In this document: positions 38,169 to 47,918 of the stretch, in pieces | How positions within the stretch are numbered: position 1 is the first letter of the stretch | Layout of the letters: each line of letters opens with the position of its first letter | From: Patescibacteria group bacterium | GTDB lineage: Bacteria; Patescibacteriota; Microgenomatia; Daviesbacterales; UBA10151 | Length of the DNA: 64,000 nt | Direction: 5' to 3' | NCBI GenBank assembly: GCA_023379125.1 | Contig: JAMCSY010000010.1 | Coordinates: forward strand, 913 to 64,912 | Position numbers and translations under genes: made by a program | Notes under the pieces: generated by a model | Told to the model about the DNA's origin: nothing | Databases searched by the model: none | Seen by the model: the letters and a program-made list of their open reading frames with translations, nothing else

Positions 38169-40139
38169 TTACTGGATTTTCCAAATCTCAATTTCCTGAT
38201 TATTGTATTCTTTTGTAAAAGGTGTTTTTGCTAAGTCAGCTTTCGGTTTTTGACTTTCAGAGAAATAAAGATAATTAGCATTGCTGCTAATCAATAATCT
38301 AGTGAGACGTTGAGTATCAGTGGTAGTAAAAATATCTTCTAGAATTTTCTCGCGATTACCCCACCTATACCCCATGATATCTACCTGCTCAGTATCTGCT
38401 AGATAAACAACATGATTAGAAAAAGCAGCTACGTACGAAGAATCAGACCAGGCCCAGATATCCGGAATTGTTGATTGTTGATGAAGATATTTGTTATAGG
38501 GAGGGGTAATAATAATTGCAGATTGAGGAATATTTTTCTGAAGATAACTAAGTGCCTGTAGTTCATCTGCATTTATCTTGGTAAATGGAGGGCGGTGATA
38601 AAAATCATAAAGTAACCCTATTTGGGTAGGTATGGCTAGGAGAAGAATTAAGATACTAACAATAACCTTGATACTGAACAATTTAATTTTAGTGATGATT
38701 CGGCTTATTTCAATCGCTCCCAAAATGCCCATTAATAATAGGAAATATTGTAAAAACTGAATAGAGTTGCTAGCAACGCCTTTTTGTAAAAACAATAATG
38801 GTAGAGTAAACGACACTAAGATAACGGTGACAAAAAATAGATTGTAATAGTTTGTTAAAATCTTGAATTGTATTTTAATATATTGCCAAAAACCAAGTAC
38901 TCTCATGCCTAAATTACCAAATAGGAAAATAAAGAATGCGGTGAATTCTACTTGTAAAACCCGTTTGTAATTATGATCAGCGAGATATGTTTGTCTTCTT
39001 AGTTCAAGATCTAGCCAGTTTAGTCGATTATCAGCAACTACCATTGTTCTGATGTACCACCAAGGTTGCCAAATTAAAAAAGCCGCTGAACCACTTGTAT
39101 TAGGAAGATAGAGTAACGCCGATATTAATCCAGATATTAAGGTAAGAATAGCTAAATTTGCTGATTTATCCTTAAAAAACTGCCAAATTGATATTATTCC
39201 CAGACCAGAAAAAACTACGACTCCAGCATAGACTTTAAATACTACTAAACAACCTATTAGCAGGCTAAGCTCGGTTAGTAAACGTTTGTTAGGATGATGT
39301 AAATAATTTATTAAGAAAATTAAAATCGCCATTACAACAATAAGGGATGCAATTTGTGGGGGGTTGCCAATTGAACTTTGAATTTGTGAAGCCCAAAAAA
39401 TTGATTCACCGCCGACTGAGTGGTCTTTAATAAAAGTCACAATGTAACCAAAACTGCCCACAAAGTAGACAAAAATCATTGACCATATTCCTGATAAGAA
39501 ATTACCACCCATTTTATTGCCGATGATATAAGCACTTGCACCGAGTAGCAGTGAGTAAAAAATGGGGAAAAAACGAAAGTATAGGTCTAGAGCTGATATT
39601 TTGAAATAATAGTTAAAAAAAGCTGGGGCTAAATCTGAGAAAAAATGGTAATTAACTAATCTGAAACCCGCGAAATCTGGGTTCTGCAAAGGCATCCCTT
39701 TTTGAATCTCATTCATCAAAGCCAAATGCCAAGAAGCATCATGGGCATGGGAACTCCAAAAAACTAAGTTTCCGTTTTGCATAATCCCACTAGGAGCAAT
39801 AACAGCAAGTTGTCCGATAATGCCAATAATATACACAAAAAGGAATAATCCTAATTGCTTCTTGGGAAAGATCTTTTGTTTATGAAAATTAAAGGATAGT
39901 GTCTTAAGTCCAATTAAGATAGAGATTGCAATAAAAATAAACACTAATAAAGGGATGTGAATGATGAGAGTCAGATAATAGAGTAGAGAAAATGCCACAA
40001 AACCAACAATCGTACCCAAAGTGATTTTTTCCCAAAAACTATATTCTATGTTTTTGCTAATGAGCATCAACCCAGGTATGGTAAAGCAGGTTATAATAGC
40101 TATCAGAAAAATAGTACTAGTGTATAAACTTGCAAACAT
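38169..40139 (-). CDS. 'Family D' polytopic membrane protein (HDASWH motif), paralog of the membrane module of 32785-36255
   Basis: SSHAHDASWHLALMNE...NYHFFSD...FRFFP...SLLLG...GSFGYIV...GGESIFW...NPP. It is the only minus-strand gene in the 18-57 kb block and converges on 37506-38168 with abutting stop codons. Confidence 0.6.
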   Translation of the reverse strand: MFASLYTSTIFLIAIITCFTIPGLMLISKNIEYSFWEKITLGTIVGFVAFSLLYYLTLIIHIPLLVFIFIAISILIGLKTLSFNFHKQKIFPKKQLGLFLFVYIIGIIGQLAVIAPSGIMQNGNLVFWSSHAHDASWHLALMNEIQKGMPLQNPDFAGFRLVNYHFFSDLAPAFFNYYFKISALDLYFRFFPIFYSLLLGASAYIIGNKMGGNFLSGIWSMIFVYFVGSFGYIVTFIKDHSVGGESIFWASQIQSSIGNPPQIASLIVVMAILIFLINYLHHPNKRLLTELSLLIGCLVVFKVYAGVVVFSGLGIISIWQFFKDKSANLAILTLISGLISALLYLPNTSGSAAFLIWQPWWYIRTMVVADNRLNWLDLELRRQTYLADHNYKRVLQVEFTAFFIFLFGNLGMRVLGFWQYIKIQFKILTNYYNLFFVTVILVSFTLPLLFLQKGVASNSIQFLQYFLLLMGILGAIEISRIITKIKLFSIKVIVSILILLLAIPTQIGLLYDFYHRPPFTKINADELQALSYLQKNIPQSAIIITPPYNKYLHQQSTIPDIWAWSDSSYVAAFSNHVVYLADTEQVDIMGYRWGNREKILEDIFTTTDTQRLTRLLISSNANYLYFSESQKPKADLAKTPFTKEYNNQEIEIWKIQ

Positions 40140-40168
40140 AGTTAAGATAAATAAAGTTTATCATCTTA

Positions 40169-41344
40169 ATGGATAGAGTACCAAGAAGCCTGACAAAGTA
40201 TCTTACATCTAATACAGCTGGTTTGTTACTGGTGATTATTTTATATGCTTTGTTCTCAGGACTGGTACTGAATTCTCTATATCCATTTCACTTAGCAACA
40301 GAGTCTTTATTAGTGTTAACTATTTTAGGAATTGCTTGGCAAATCCCATTATGGCTTAGTTACATACTTGGTTTTATTAATTTATTGTTATTATGGTTGA
40401 TTGTAAAAAAAGTATTTGGCTATAGAGTTGCTCTGTTTTGCTCATTAACTTATGCAACTTCACCGTGGATCTCATATTTAGTAGTTGGAGACTCTCTGAC
40501 AACATGGTTATTAACCATCTGGCTCATTATTTTTTATGGTTTATTCTGTTTAAGCCATAGTTTTTGGAAGATAATATTTCTTATTGCTGGCTGCATTATG
40601 TTGATTTTTAGTTCAGTGTTAATGTGGCCAGCCCTTTGTGTCTTACTAGTGACTCTTTACATTAAGAAAAATTCTTCTTTCCTTACCATACAAAATTTTC
40701 ATCTGTTGACCGCTGTTAGCCTGTTAACATTTATGGCACTTTTGCTGACTAATTATTCAATGGTTAAACATAGCCTGGGAAGCCAGTTATTAATTATCCA
40801 GAATATTAGTATTGTTAATACTGTTAATCTGCTCAGGGGTGAAGATAATCAAGCAGGTATTGGCAAACTAGGTTTTATTTTGGATAATAAGTATGCTTAT
40901 GGTGCGCTGTATTTTAGCTCGAGATTACTAGAAAATATTAATCCAGTTAACTATTTTGTCTCCAGTACTAATTTTATAAGACAATCAAACACACCTCCAA
41001 TCCTGTTTGGCTGGATAATTCCTTTAATATTGGGTATTGGAGTTTGGCAAAAGGTCTGGAAGATGACTCGTTGGTCAGTTGTTTTTGTATTGTGTCTTCT
41101 GACACCTTCTCTTGTCTCTAGTGATGGTTTCAGTATTAATAAAATTGGATTTGTCTCTCCATTGTTATTTGTAACTTGTGGTGTGGGTCTTGAACGACTA
41201 CTTAGCTTAAATAAATATCGAATATGGTTTGCACTGATCATAATAGCGATCCTTATACAGCTTGTGTTTGTCGCCAATGATGTTACTCTACGCGAAAATG
41301 TCCGTCTAGATTATTTACGTTTTGCGCAAATATCAGAAAATTAA
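40169..41344 (+). CDS. Membrane protein resembling a truncated/degenerate ArnT-like paralog (lacks the WDE...GYNAYS loop)
   Basis: ALFCSLTYATSPWISY matches ALIGAALTAISPWLIY of the downstream 41345 protein. The N-terminal catalytic loop motif and the C-terminal domain are absent. Confidence 0.4.
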   Translation: MDRVPRSLTKYLTSNTAGLLLVIILYALFSGLVLNSLYPFHLATESLLVLTILGIAWQIPLWLSYILGFINLLLLWLIVKKVFGYRVALFCSLTYATSPWISYLVVGDSLTTWLLTIWLIIFYGLFCLSHSFWKIIFLIAGCIMLIFSSVLMWPALCVLLVTLYIKKNSSFLTIQNFHLLTAVSLLTFMALLLTNYSMVKHSLGSQLLIIQNISIVNTVNLLRGEDNQAGIGKLGFILDNKYAYGALYFSSRLLENINPVNYFVSSTNFIRQSNTPPILFGWIIPLILGIGVWQKVWKMTRWSVVFVLCLLTPSLVSSDGFSINKIGFVSPLLFVTCGVGLERLLSLNKYRIWFALIIIAILIQLVFVANDVTLRENVRLDYLRFAQISEN

Positions 41345-43003
41345 ATGCATAAAAAAGAACTGTTGGTTATTATTTTCATTACTTTGGTTGGTGGTTTTTT
41401 CAGATTTTATGACTTAGCCAATAATCCTGTTTCTTTGAATGTCGACGAAGTGTCTGTGGGCTATAATGCTTATTCTTTGCTAAAAACTGGGCGAGATGAA
41501 TATGGGAATTTTCTGCCACTTTCCATTAGGTCTTTAGGGGACTATAAACCTCCGGTGTATACCTATATCACAGCTGCTTCGATCGCGATATTTGGCTTAA
41601 ATGAATGGGGTATTAGATTTCCGGCAGCTTTATTTGGTACTCTGACAATCGTCTTATTTGCATACTTTTTTTATCTACTTAGTCATAACAGAACTATCAC
41701 ACTAATTGGAGCAGCATTAACGGCAATTTCGCCATGGCTTATTTATCATAGTCGGTTTGCTCTAGAAACAAATTTATCAGTTTTCTTTGTCGTTCTAGGC
41801 TTTCTTTTATTCTTTAAGATGTTGGAAAATAAAACAAATCTTCTGGCAGTTTTAAGTGCTTTTTGTTTTGCTCTCTCAATTTATACATATCAAACTGAAA
41901 GATTGTTTACTCCACTTTTGATTACTGTTCTTTTGATATTGTATCGGCGCCAGATTAAAAGAGGACTAAGGTATCAAATAGTCAATTTTATACTTTGCTT
42001 CATTTTATTGGCTTTACCCTTCATTTTTTCTTTTGTTTTAGGGTCAGATCAGACAAGATTAGCGATGGTTAAGCTAAACAACGATATCGATTTCACCCGT
42101 AATATTATGATTAATCCATTAATACAAATGGATGGCTTCATAGCTATAATAACCAAATTACTAAGTACACAGCCACCTCTATTGTTTTTCTATTGGTTAA
42201 ACCGTACTCTATCATATCTAAGTCCAACTTTTTGGTTTTTTAATGGTTTAGGACTAGTTGGCCAAAACACTATTAATCTGGGCTTGCTTTATATTTTCGA
42301 GCTACCATTTGTTATTTTGGGAATTTATAAAATACTTGCTGGTAGATTTAGCAATAGACCGTTAATTTTTTTATGGCTACTTTTAGGACTGATTCCTTCT
42401 TCTCTAACAATTGGTCAAATGAATGGTAGGCGTATTTTAATTATGGCCCCAATGGTGATTTATATTTCAGCAATCGGTGCCAAAAGCTTAGGAGAAATAA
42501 TTCTGCAGTTAAGAAAAAGATATCGCTATCCGCTGGCAACTTTATTTAGTGGGATCATTTTATGGTCTATGTTTAGTGCAATCAACCTTTACAGCGTACA
42601 CTTTCCTCGACAAAAGGGTGAGGGATTTATGGATGGGACTAAAGAAGCTGTGCAATATATTTTACAGAATCAAAACAAATATCAAGAAATTGTCTTTGAT
42701 CCAGTTAGGGGTACAGAAGGACCATATTTAACAAACGTACCCTACCTCTATTTACTATTCTATACTCAATATGATCCTGCTTTATATCAATCTCAAGTGA
42801 AGACTCATACAAATGAAGGCTTTAGCTTCAGTAAATATACTTTTCGTCCAATTGATTGGCGAAAAGATCAAGATCAGCATAACATTTTATTTATTGGTAG
42901 TATTTGGAGTTTACCACCTAAAGATGTTCCTCAACAGGATATTCTAGATAAAATTTATATGATCAATGGGCAATTAGCCTATTTGATAGTTTCACCGAAA
43001 TAA
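41345..43003 (+). CDS. GT-C glycosyltransferase, PMT/ArnT-like (family A)
   Basis: LNVDEVSVGYNAYSLLKTGRDEYGNFLPLSIRSLGDYKPPVYTY is the canonical GT39/GT83 loop-1 motif. The protein has about 11 TM helices and a C-terminal soluble domain. Confidence 0.7.
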   Translation: MHKKELLVIIFITLVGGFFRFYDLANNPVSLNVDEVSVGYNAYSLLKTGRDEYGNFLPLSIRSLGDYKPPVYTYITAASIAIFGLNEWGIRFPAALFGTLTIVLFAYFFYLLSHNRTITLIGAALTAISPWLIYHSRFALETNLSVFFVVLGFLLFFKMLENKTNLLAVLSAFCFALSIYTYQTERLFTPLLITVLLILYRRQIKRGLRYQIVNFILCFILLALPFIFSFVLGSDQTRLAMVKLNNDIDFTRNIMINPLIQMDGFIAIITKLLSTQPPLLFFYWLNRTLSYLSPTFWFFNGLGLVGQNTINLGLLYIFELPFVILGIYKILAGRFSNRPLIFLWLLLGLIPSSLTIGQMNGRRILIMAPMVIYISAIGAKSLGEIILQLRKRYRYPLATLFSGIILWSMFSAINLYSVHFPRQKGEGFMDGTKEAVQYILQNQNKYQEIVFDPVRGTEGPYLTNVPYLYLLFYTQYDPALYQSQVKTHTNEGFSFSKYTFRPIDWRKDQDQHNILFIGSIWSLPPKDVPQQDILDKIYMINGQLAYLIVSPK

Positions 43004-43210
43004 AAATATTTCTAAGTGTCCTGAATCATCGAGGTTAGGATTTTACAATTAATGTCTTGCTTCTTGCTTTGTTTTGAAAATATTAATGTTTTCAATTTGC
43101 TGAGAGTAGAAAATTATCTACCTAAAAAGGATTCCTTTAGCCATACTAGAGTGGTTAAATCTGATCCCCTACAGATTTACTTCAAGAGAACAACTTGTTA
43201 AGATTGATCT

Positions 43211-44122
43211 GTGAAGAAAAATATCTCTGTTGTGATAAATACTCTGAATGAAGAAAAAAATATTGCTCGAGCGGTAAAATCTGTACAATCTTTCGCTACC
43301 GAAGTGATTGTTTGTGATATGTATTCTACTGATCAGACAGTAGAAATTGCTAAAAGATTAGGAGCGAAAGTCTTTTTCCACAAAAAAACGGGATTTGTTG
43401 AGCCAGCCAGAAATTTTGCAATTTCTAAGGCCAAGGGGGAATGGATTTTAATCTTAGACGCTGATGAAGTGCTTCCTAATGTGCTAGCTAAGAGACTAGA
43501 AGAAATGCTCAATAAACCAATTCTTTCCAGTTTTGTGAGTATTCCGAGAAAAAATATTATTTTTGGTAAGTGGATGAAGGCTGCTATGTGGTGGCCTGAT
43601 TATAATATACGTTTTTTTAAAAAAGGAGAAGTAATTTGGAATAATCAGATTCATAGTAATCCCACCACGCAAGCTCAGGGTTTAACCCTACCTGCCGAGG
43701 AAGATTTGGCAATTATTCATTATAACTATACCAACATAGAACAATACATCGCGCGCCTAAATCGCTATACCACAATTCAGGCACAAGAATTAGCAGGCGA
43801 GAAAATTGTTTTTAATTGGACTACCTTGTTTAGCAAGCCAGTGGAAGAGTTTTTAAGCAGGTATTTTGCCAATAAAGGTTACCAGGATGGATTACATGGT
43901 CTTGCCTTAAGTTTGCTACAGGCATTTTCTTTTGTAGTAGTATATCTGAAACTTTGGGAGATATATAAGTTTAGGGAAGAAGAGATCTCAGTTGAGCAGG
44001 TAAATCAAGAAATGAAACAAATTGCTCATGATTTTAGATACTGGTTACGCCTAGTCAGAGCTCCGAATGGTCCGATTAAAAAATTTGTCTATAAACTACG
44101 AAATAGGCTTAGTTATGAGTAA
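43211..44122 (+). CDS. GT2 glycosyltransferase (subfamily with paralogs at 44963 and 55150)
   Basis: ISVVINTLNEEKNIARAVKSV...VIVCDMYSTDQT...LDADE. Confidence 0.75.
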   Translation: MKKNISVVINTLNEEKNIARAVKSVQSFATEVIVCDMYSTDQTVEIAKRLGAKVFFHKKTGFVEPARNFAISKAKGEWILILDADEVLPNVLAKRLEEMLNKPILSSFVSIPRKNIIFGKWMKAAMWWPDYNIRFFKKGEVIWNNQIHSNPTTQAQGLTLPAEEDLAIIHYNYTNIEQYIARLNRYTTIQAQELAGEKIVFNWTTLFSKPVEEFLSRYFANKGYQDGLHGLALSLLQAFSFVVVYLKLWEIYKFREEEISVEQVNQEMKQIAHDFRYWLRLVRAPNGPIKKFVYKLRNRLSYE

Positions 44123-44966
44123 GGTTGCTGTAGTAATTCTAAATTTTAAAACGGCTCAGGAAACTTTGACGTGTTTGAAATCTGTGCAAAATTCCAACTA
44201 TCCAGAGATCGCAATCTACATTGTGGATAATAATTCTAACGACGGTTTAGCGACACAGCTACAAAATCAGCCAGGAATATTTTATATTCAATCCCAAGAA
44301 AATCTAGGCTATACCGGTGGTAATAATCTTGGCATAAAGCAAGCAGTTAAAGATGGTGCCACAGCAGTGTTGGTGCTCAATCCTGATACAATGGTGACGC
44401 CTACCTGTATCAGAGAAATGGCAAGTCAACTAGAGGATCCTGTAGTGGGTATAGTTGGACCAAAAATTTTATTCCAAGATAGACAAACCATTTGGTATGC
44501 TGGTGGAATTTTGGATCTTAAAAATGTTATCGGTCAGCACCGTGGGGTAAATGAAAAGGATAATGGTCAATATGAACAGATAGTAGAAACGGATTTTATT
44601 ACTGGAGCAGCGATGCTAATTAGAACAGCGGTTTTAGAGAAAGTTGGTTATTTTGATGATCGTTTTTTTCTCTATTATGAAGATAGTGACTTATCATATC
44701 GGGCAAAAAAAGCTGGGTTTAAACTAATTTATAACCCTGAGGCTGTTGTCTATCATGATAATGCTAAGGCAACTGGCTTAGGATCACCATTACAGGATTA
44801 TTTTATTACGCGCAATCGTTTGTTGTTTGCCTCAAAACATTTAAAATTTAGAACTCGTTTTGCGCTATTTAGAGAAGTGTTGAAAAACATTGGGATGAAG
44901 ACACGCCGATTAGCCTTATTAGATTTCTGTATGGGCAATTTTGGCAAAGGAAGTTATCCACTATGA
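44115..44966 (+). CDS. GT2 glycosyltransferase (rhamnosyl/galactosyl-transferase-like; paralog at 46842)
   Basis: VAVVILNFKTAQETLTCLKSV...YIVDNNSNDG...DSDLSYR. The ATG at 44115 overlaps the upstream stop (ATGAGTAA). Confidence 0.7.
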   Translation: MSKVAVVILNFKTAQETLTCLKSVQNSNYPEIAIYIVDNNSNDGLATQLQNQPGIFYIQSQENLGYTGGNNLGIKQAVKDGATAVLVLNPDTMVTPTCIREMASQLEDPVVGIVGPKILFQDRQTIWYAGGILDLKNVIGQHRGVNEKDNGQYEQIVETDFITGAAMLIRTAVLEKVGYFDDRFFLYYEDSDLSYRAKKAGFKLIYNPEAVVYHDNAKATGLGSPLQDYFITRNRLLFASKHLKFRTRFALFREVLKNIGMKTRRLALLDFCMGNFGKGSYPL

Positions 44967-45769
44967 TTTCAGTAATAATATTAACCAAGAATGAGGAGGA
45001 TCGTCTCCAAGCATGTATTGAATCTGTTGCTGGTTTAGCGGATGAGGTTGTTGTAGTAGATTCAGGTAGTCAAGACAAAACTGTGGAATTGGCCAAAAAG
45101 CTAGGAGCAAAAGTTTTTACTCGTTCATTTGATAATTATGTTAACCAAAAGAATTGGGCTTTTGAGAAGACAAAAGGAGACTGGGTATTTTATCTTGACG
45201 CTGACGAGAGAGTCCTTGCTGACTTAAAACAAGAAATTAATGGCTCAATTCAGTCAACCAAGTTTAGCGCTTATGCTATATCTCGCAGAAATATTATTTT
45301 CGGACAAGAAGTCAGATATGGGCCCTTTTGGCCCGATTGGATTATTAGATTAGTTAAAAGGAGCGATTTTCAAGGTTGGCAAGGAGAGGTCCATGAAACA
45401 CTCAAGTTCCGAGGTGAGTTAGGATATAGTAAGTGTTCATTGCTTCACCTGACACACCGGAACGTTGATCAAGTGATTAGCAAAAATCTTCATTGGTCAC
45501 AAATTGATGCTAAACTCCGTTTGCAGGCGCATCACCCCAAAATGTCTTCGCTCAGATTTTTGCGAATTTTAACCACAGAACTTTTTTATCAAGGTATTAC
45601 GCGTAGAGGTTTTTTTTCTGGAACTGTTGGTACAATAGATGCTCTGCTGCAAACATTTAGTCTGCTGACGACTTATATTAGACTATGGGAAATGCAACAA
45701 CCGGTCCCACTCGAACAGAAATATTCAGAAATAGATAAAAATTTGATAAAAAATAACTTTAAATATTAA
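44963..45769 (+). CDS. GT2 glycosyltransferase
   Basis: ISVIILTKNEEDRLQACIESV...VVVDSGSQDKT...LDADE. Confidence 0.75.
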   Translation: MISVIILTKNEEDRLQACIESVAGLADEVVVVDSGSQDKTVELAKKLGAKVFTRSFDNYVNQKNWAFEKTKGDWVFYLDADERVLADLKQEINGSIQSTKFSAYAISRRNIIFGQEVRYGPFWPDWIIRLVKRSDFQGWQGEVHETLKFRGELGYSKCSLLHLTHRNVDQVISKNLHWSQIDAKLRLQAHHPKMSSLRFLRILTTELFYQGITRRGFFSGTVGTIDALLQTFSLLTTYIRLWEMQQPVPLEQKYSEIDKNLIKNNFKY

Positions 45770-46845
45770 TGCGCATTGCGATTTTTACCCCTTATCTAGA
45801 TAGCTTTGGCGGTGGTGAAAGGTATATGCTGACTGCGGCTGAAGTTTTATTAAAAAATCATCAAGTTGATTTGTTGATAGATTCTCATTTGCGCACATTA
45901 AATCCTCAGCAGTTGAAAGATGATTTGGCAAAAAGACTTAATCTTCAACTTGATAGGCTCAAAGTTGTGAATGCTCCACTTGGTGCGGGAGCTAATTTTT
46001 TACAACGCTGCCTATTTTTGAGTAAGTATGATGTTTTGATTGCTTTAACTGATGGTAGTATTTTTTTCTCAACTTCCAAAAAAAGCTTTTTACATTTTCA
46101 AGTTCCATTTCAAAATCCTCATCCTCATTCACTTTGGCACCAGTTGAAGTTGCATAGTTTTAAACAAGCGATTTTTAATTCTTCTTTTACAAAGAAAATA
46201 ATTGAGACTTCTTGGCCAATTAGAGGTGAGGTGATTTATCCCCCGGTTGAAGTAGAGAAGTTTAAAATGACTAAAAAAAAGAAATATATTCTTTCAGTGG
46301 GTAGATTTTTTAGTTATCTGAAGACTAAAAAACATGAAGAAATGATTCAAACTTTTGCTAAATTATATTCTGACCAGAAAGTAAAAGGGTGGAGTTTACA
46401 TCTAGCTGGATCAATTGGGGATGGGGATATGGGATATCTTCATGAACTAAAAATTGTGGCGCAAAAATTACCTGTATATTTTTACCCTAATCTGGAATTT
46501 GATAAATTAGTCAAATTATATTCTGAGAGTGCCATCTATTGGCATGCAGCTGGATTCGCTGAAGATGATCCGACAAAAATGGAACATTTTGGGATCACCA
46601 CAGTTGAAGCGATGGCTGCAGGTTGTGCACCAGTAGTAATTAATAAAGGTGGACAAACTGAGATAGTCAAAAATGGAGAAAATGGATTCTTGTGGGACGA
46701 TTTAGAGACACTTTGTACCAGAACAATTGAGTTGATAGAAGATGCACAAGAACGACAACGATTAGCTAAAAAAGCAAGACAGAGTGCACAATTGTTTTCT
46801 AAGGAAAGCTTCTCTCACAAAATAAATGCATTAATAAACAAATGA
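45769..46845 (+). CDS. GT4 (GT-B fold) glycosyltransferase
   Basis: C-terminus EHFGITTVEAMAAGCAPVVINKGGQTEIV..GENGFL is the GT4 EX7E-region signature. Confidence 0.75.
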   Translation: MRIAIFTPYLDSFGGGERYMLTAAEVLLKNHQVDLLIDSHLRTLNPQQLKDDLAKRLNLQLDRLKVVNAPLGAGANFLQRCLFLSKYDVLIALTDGSIFFSTSKKSFLHFQVPFQNPHPHSLWHQLKLHSFKQAIFNSSFTKKIIETSWPIRGEVIYPPVEVEKFKMTKKKKYILSVGRFFSYLKTKKHEEMIQTFAKLYSDQKVKGWSLHLAGSIGDGDMGYLHELKIVAQKLPVYFYPNLEFDKLVKLYSESAIYWHAAGFAEDDPTKMEHFGITTVEAMAAGCAPVVINKGGQTEIVKNGENGFLWDDLETLCTRTIELIEDAQERQRLAKKARQSAQLFSKESFSHKINALINK

Positions 46846-47642
46846 TTAATGATGAACAGATTAGTGTGATCATTGTGACATTTAATAGTCAGGTTGCTAT
46901 TAAAAAATGTATACAAACACTACTTAGCTTTTATCCTCATTCACCGATTTATATTATTGATAATAACTCTACGGATGAGACCGTGAATATTGTTAAGAAG
47001 TTTAGCCAGGTAAGATTAATTCAATCAATGGAAAACTTGGGGTTTTCTAAGGCAAATAATCTAGCGAGTGAATCTATTCAAACAAAGTTTGTTTGTTTTC
47101 TTAATCCGGATACTGTTTTACTAAACAAGCAAAACTTAATCAACTTAGCTGAGGATTTAGAACAGAATGAAAAATTTGGTTTGGTGGGACCAAAAATTAT
47201 TCATCCAGATGGCAGAATACAAAAGACAGTTAGGAACTTGCCTACTTTACGTAATGCGTTTTTGGAATATGTCTTGAATCACCAGGGAAGTTATGATTTT
47301 TATCAGCCCAAGAGTTCTGTACTCGTAATAGTACCGAGTATTACTGGGGCAGTTATGATGCTCAAGACAGAACTATTTAGAAAAGTAGGTGGTTTTAGTG
47401 AAAAATTCTTTTTATATTATGAGGATCTTGATTTATGCCAAAAAATCGCTAATTCTAATCTTAAAATAGGGTATGATCCACAAGTGGTTATTAGTCATAT
47501 AATGGGTGCCTCGGGAAAAAAAGTAGATGTTAACCAACTCCTTATTGAATCAGCCAAAAAATATCATGGTTTAATTGAATACTACCTCATAACATTTATT
47601 ATTAGATTGGGATTGTTGATTCATCGTCACAGATTCACCTAA
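46842..47642 (+). CDS. GT2 glycosyltransferase
   Basis: ISVIIVTFNSQVAIKKCIQTL...YIIDNNSTDET. Confidence 0.7.
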   Translation: MINDEQISVIIVTFNSQVAIKKCIQTLLSFYPHSPIYIIDNNSTDETVNIVKKFSQVRLIQSMENLGFSKANNLASESIQTKFVCFLNPDTVLLNKQNLINLAEDLEQNEKFGLVGPKIIHPDGRIQKTVRNLPTLRNAFLEYVLNHQGSYDFYQPKSSVLVIVPSITGAVMMLKTELFRKVGGFSEKFFLYYEDLDLCQKIANSNLKIGYDPQVVISHIMGASGKKVDVNQLLIESAKKYHGLIEYYLITFIIRLGLLIHRHRFT

Positions 47643-47645
47643 CCA

Positions 47646-47918
47646 ATGCTTAGAGTACTTCATAAATTTTTTTTCCTCATTTTATTTTGTGCCTTTATTG
47701 TGCTACTTATATGGGGGTTGAAATATCCGCCTTTTTGTACAGCAAATCTAAACACAGAGCTTTATTCACAACTTTCATTAAATAATGGAATTAATACCTC
47801 TAGAGGTTACGCGAATGATAAAGATATGAATCCTCAAATTGCGAGAATTATTTTTAGTAAAATTTTATATCCACAAATATACATTTTAAGATGGATATCC
47901 CTGGGTTGTTACAAATGA
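47646..47918 (+). CDS. Small hypothetical membrane protein (90 aa), possibly spurious
   Basis: The ORF has a single N-terminal TM and overlaps the start of the next gene. Confidence 0.25.
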   Translation: MLRVLHKFFFLILFCAFIVLLIWGLKYPPFCTANLNTELYSQLSLNNGINTSRGYANDKDMNPQIARIIFSKILYPQIYILRWISLGCYK

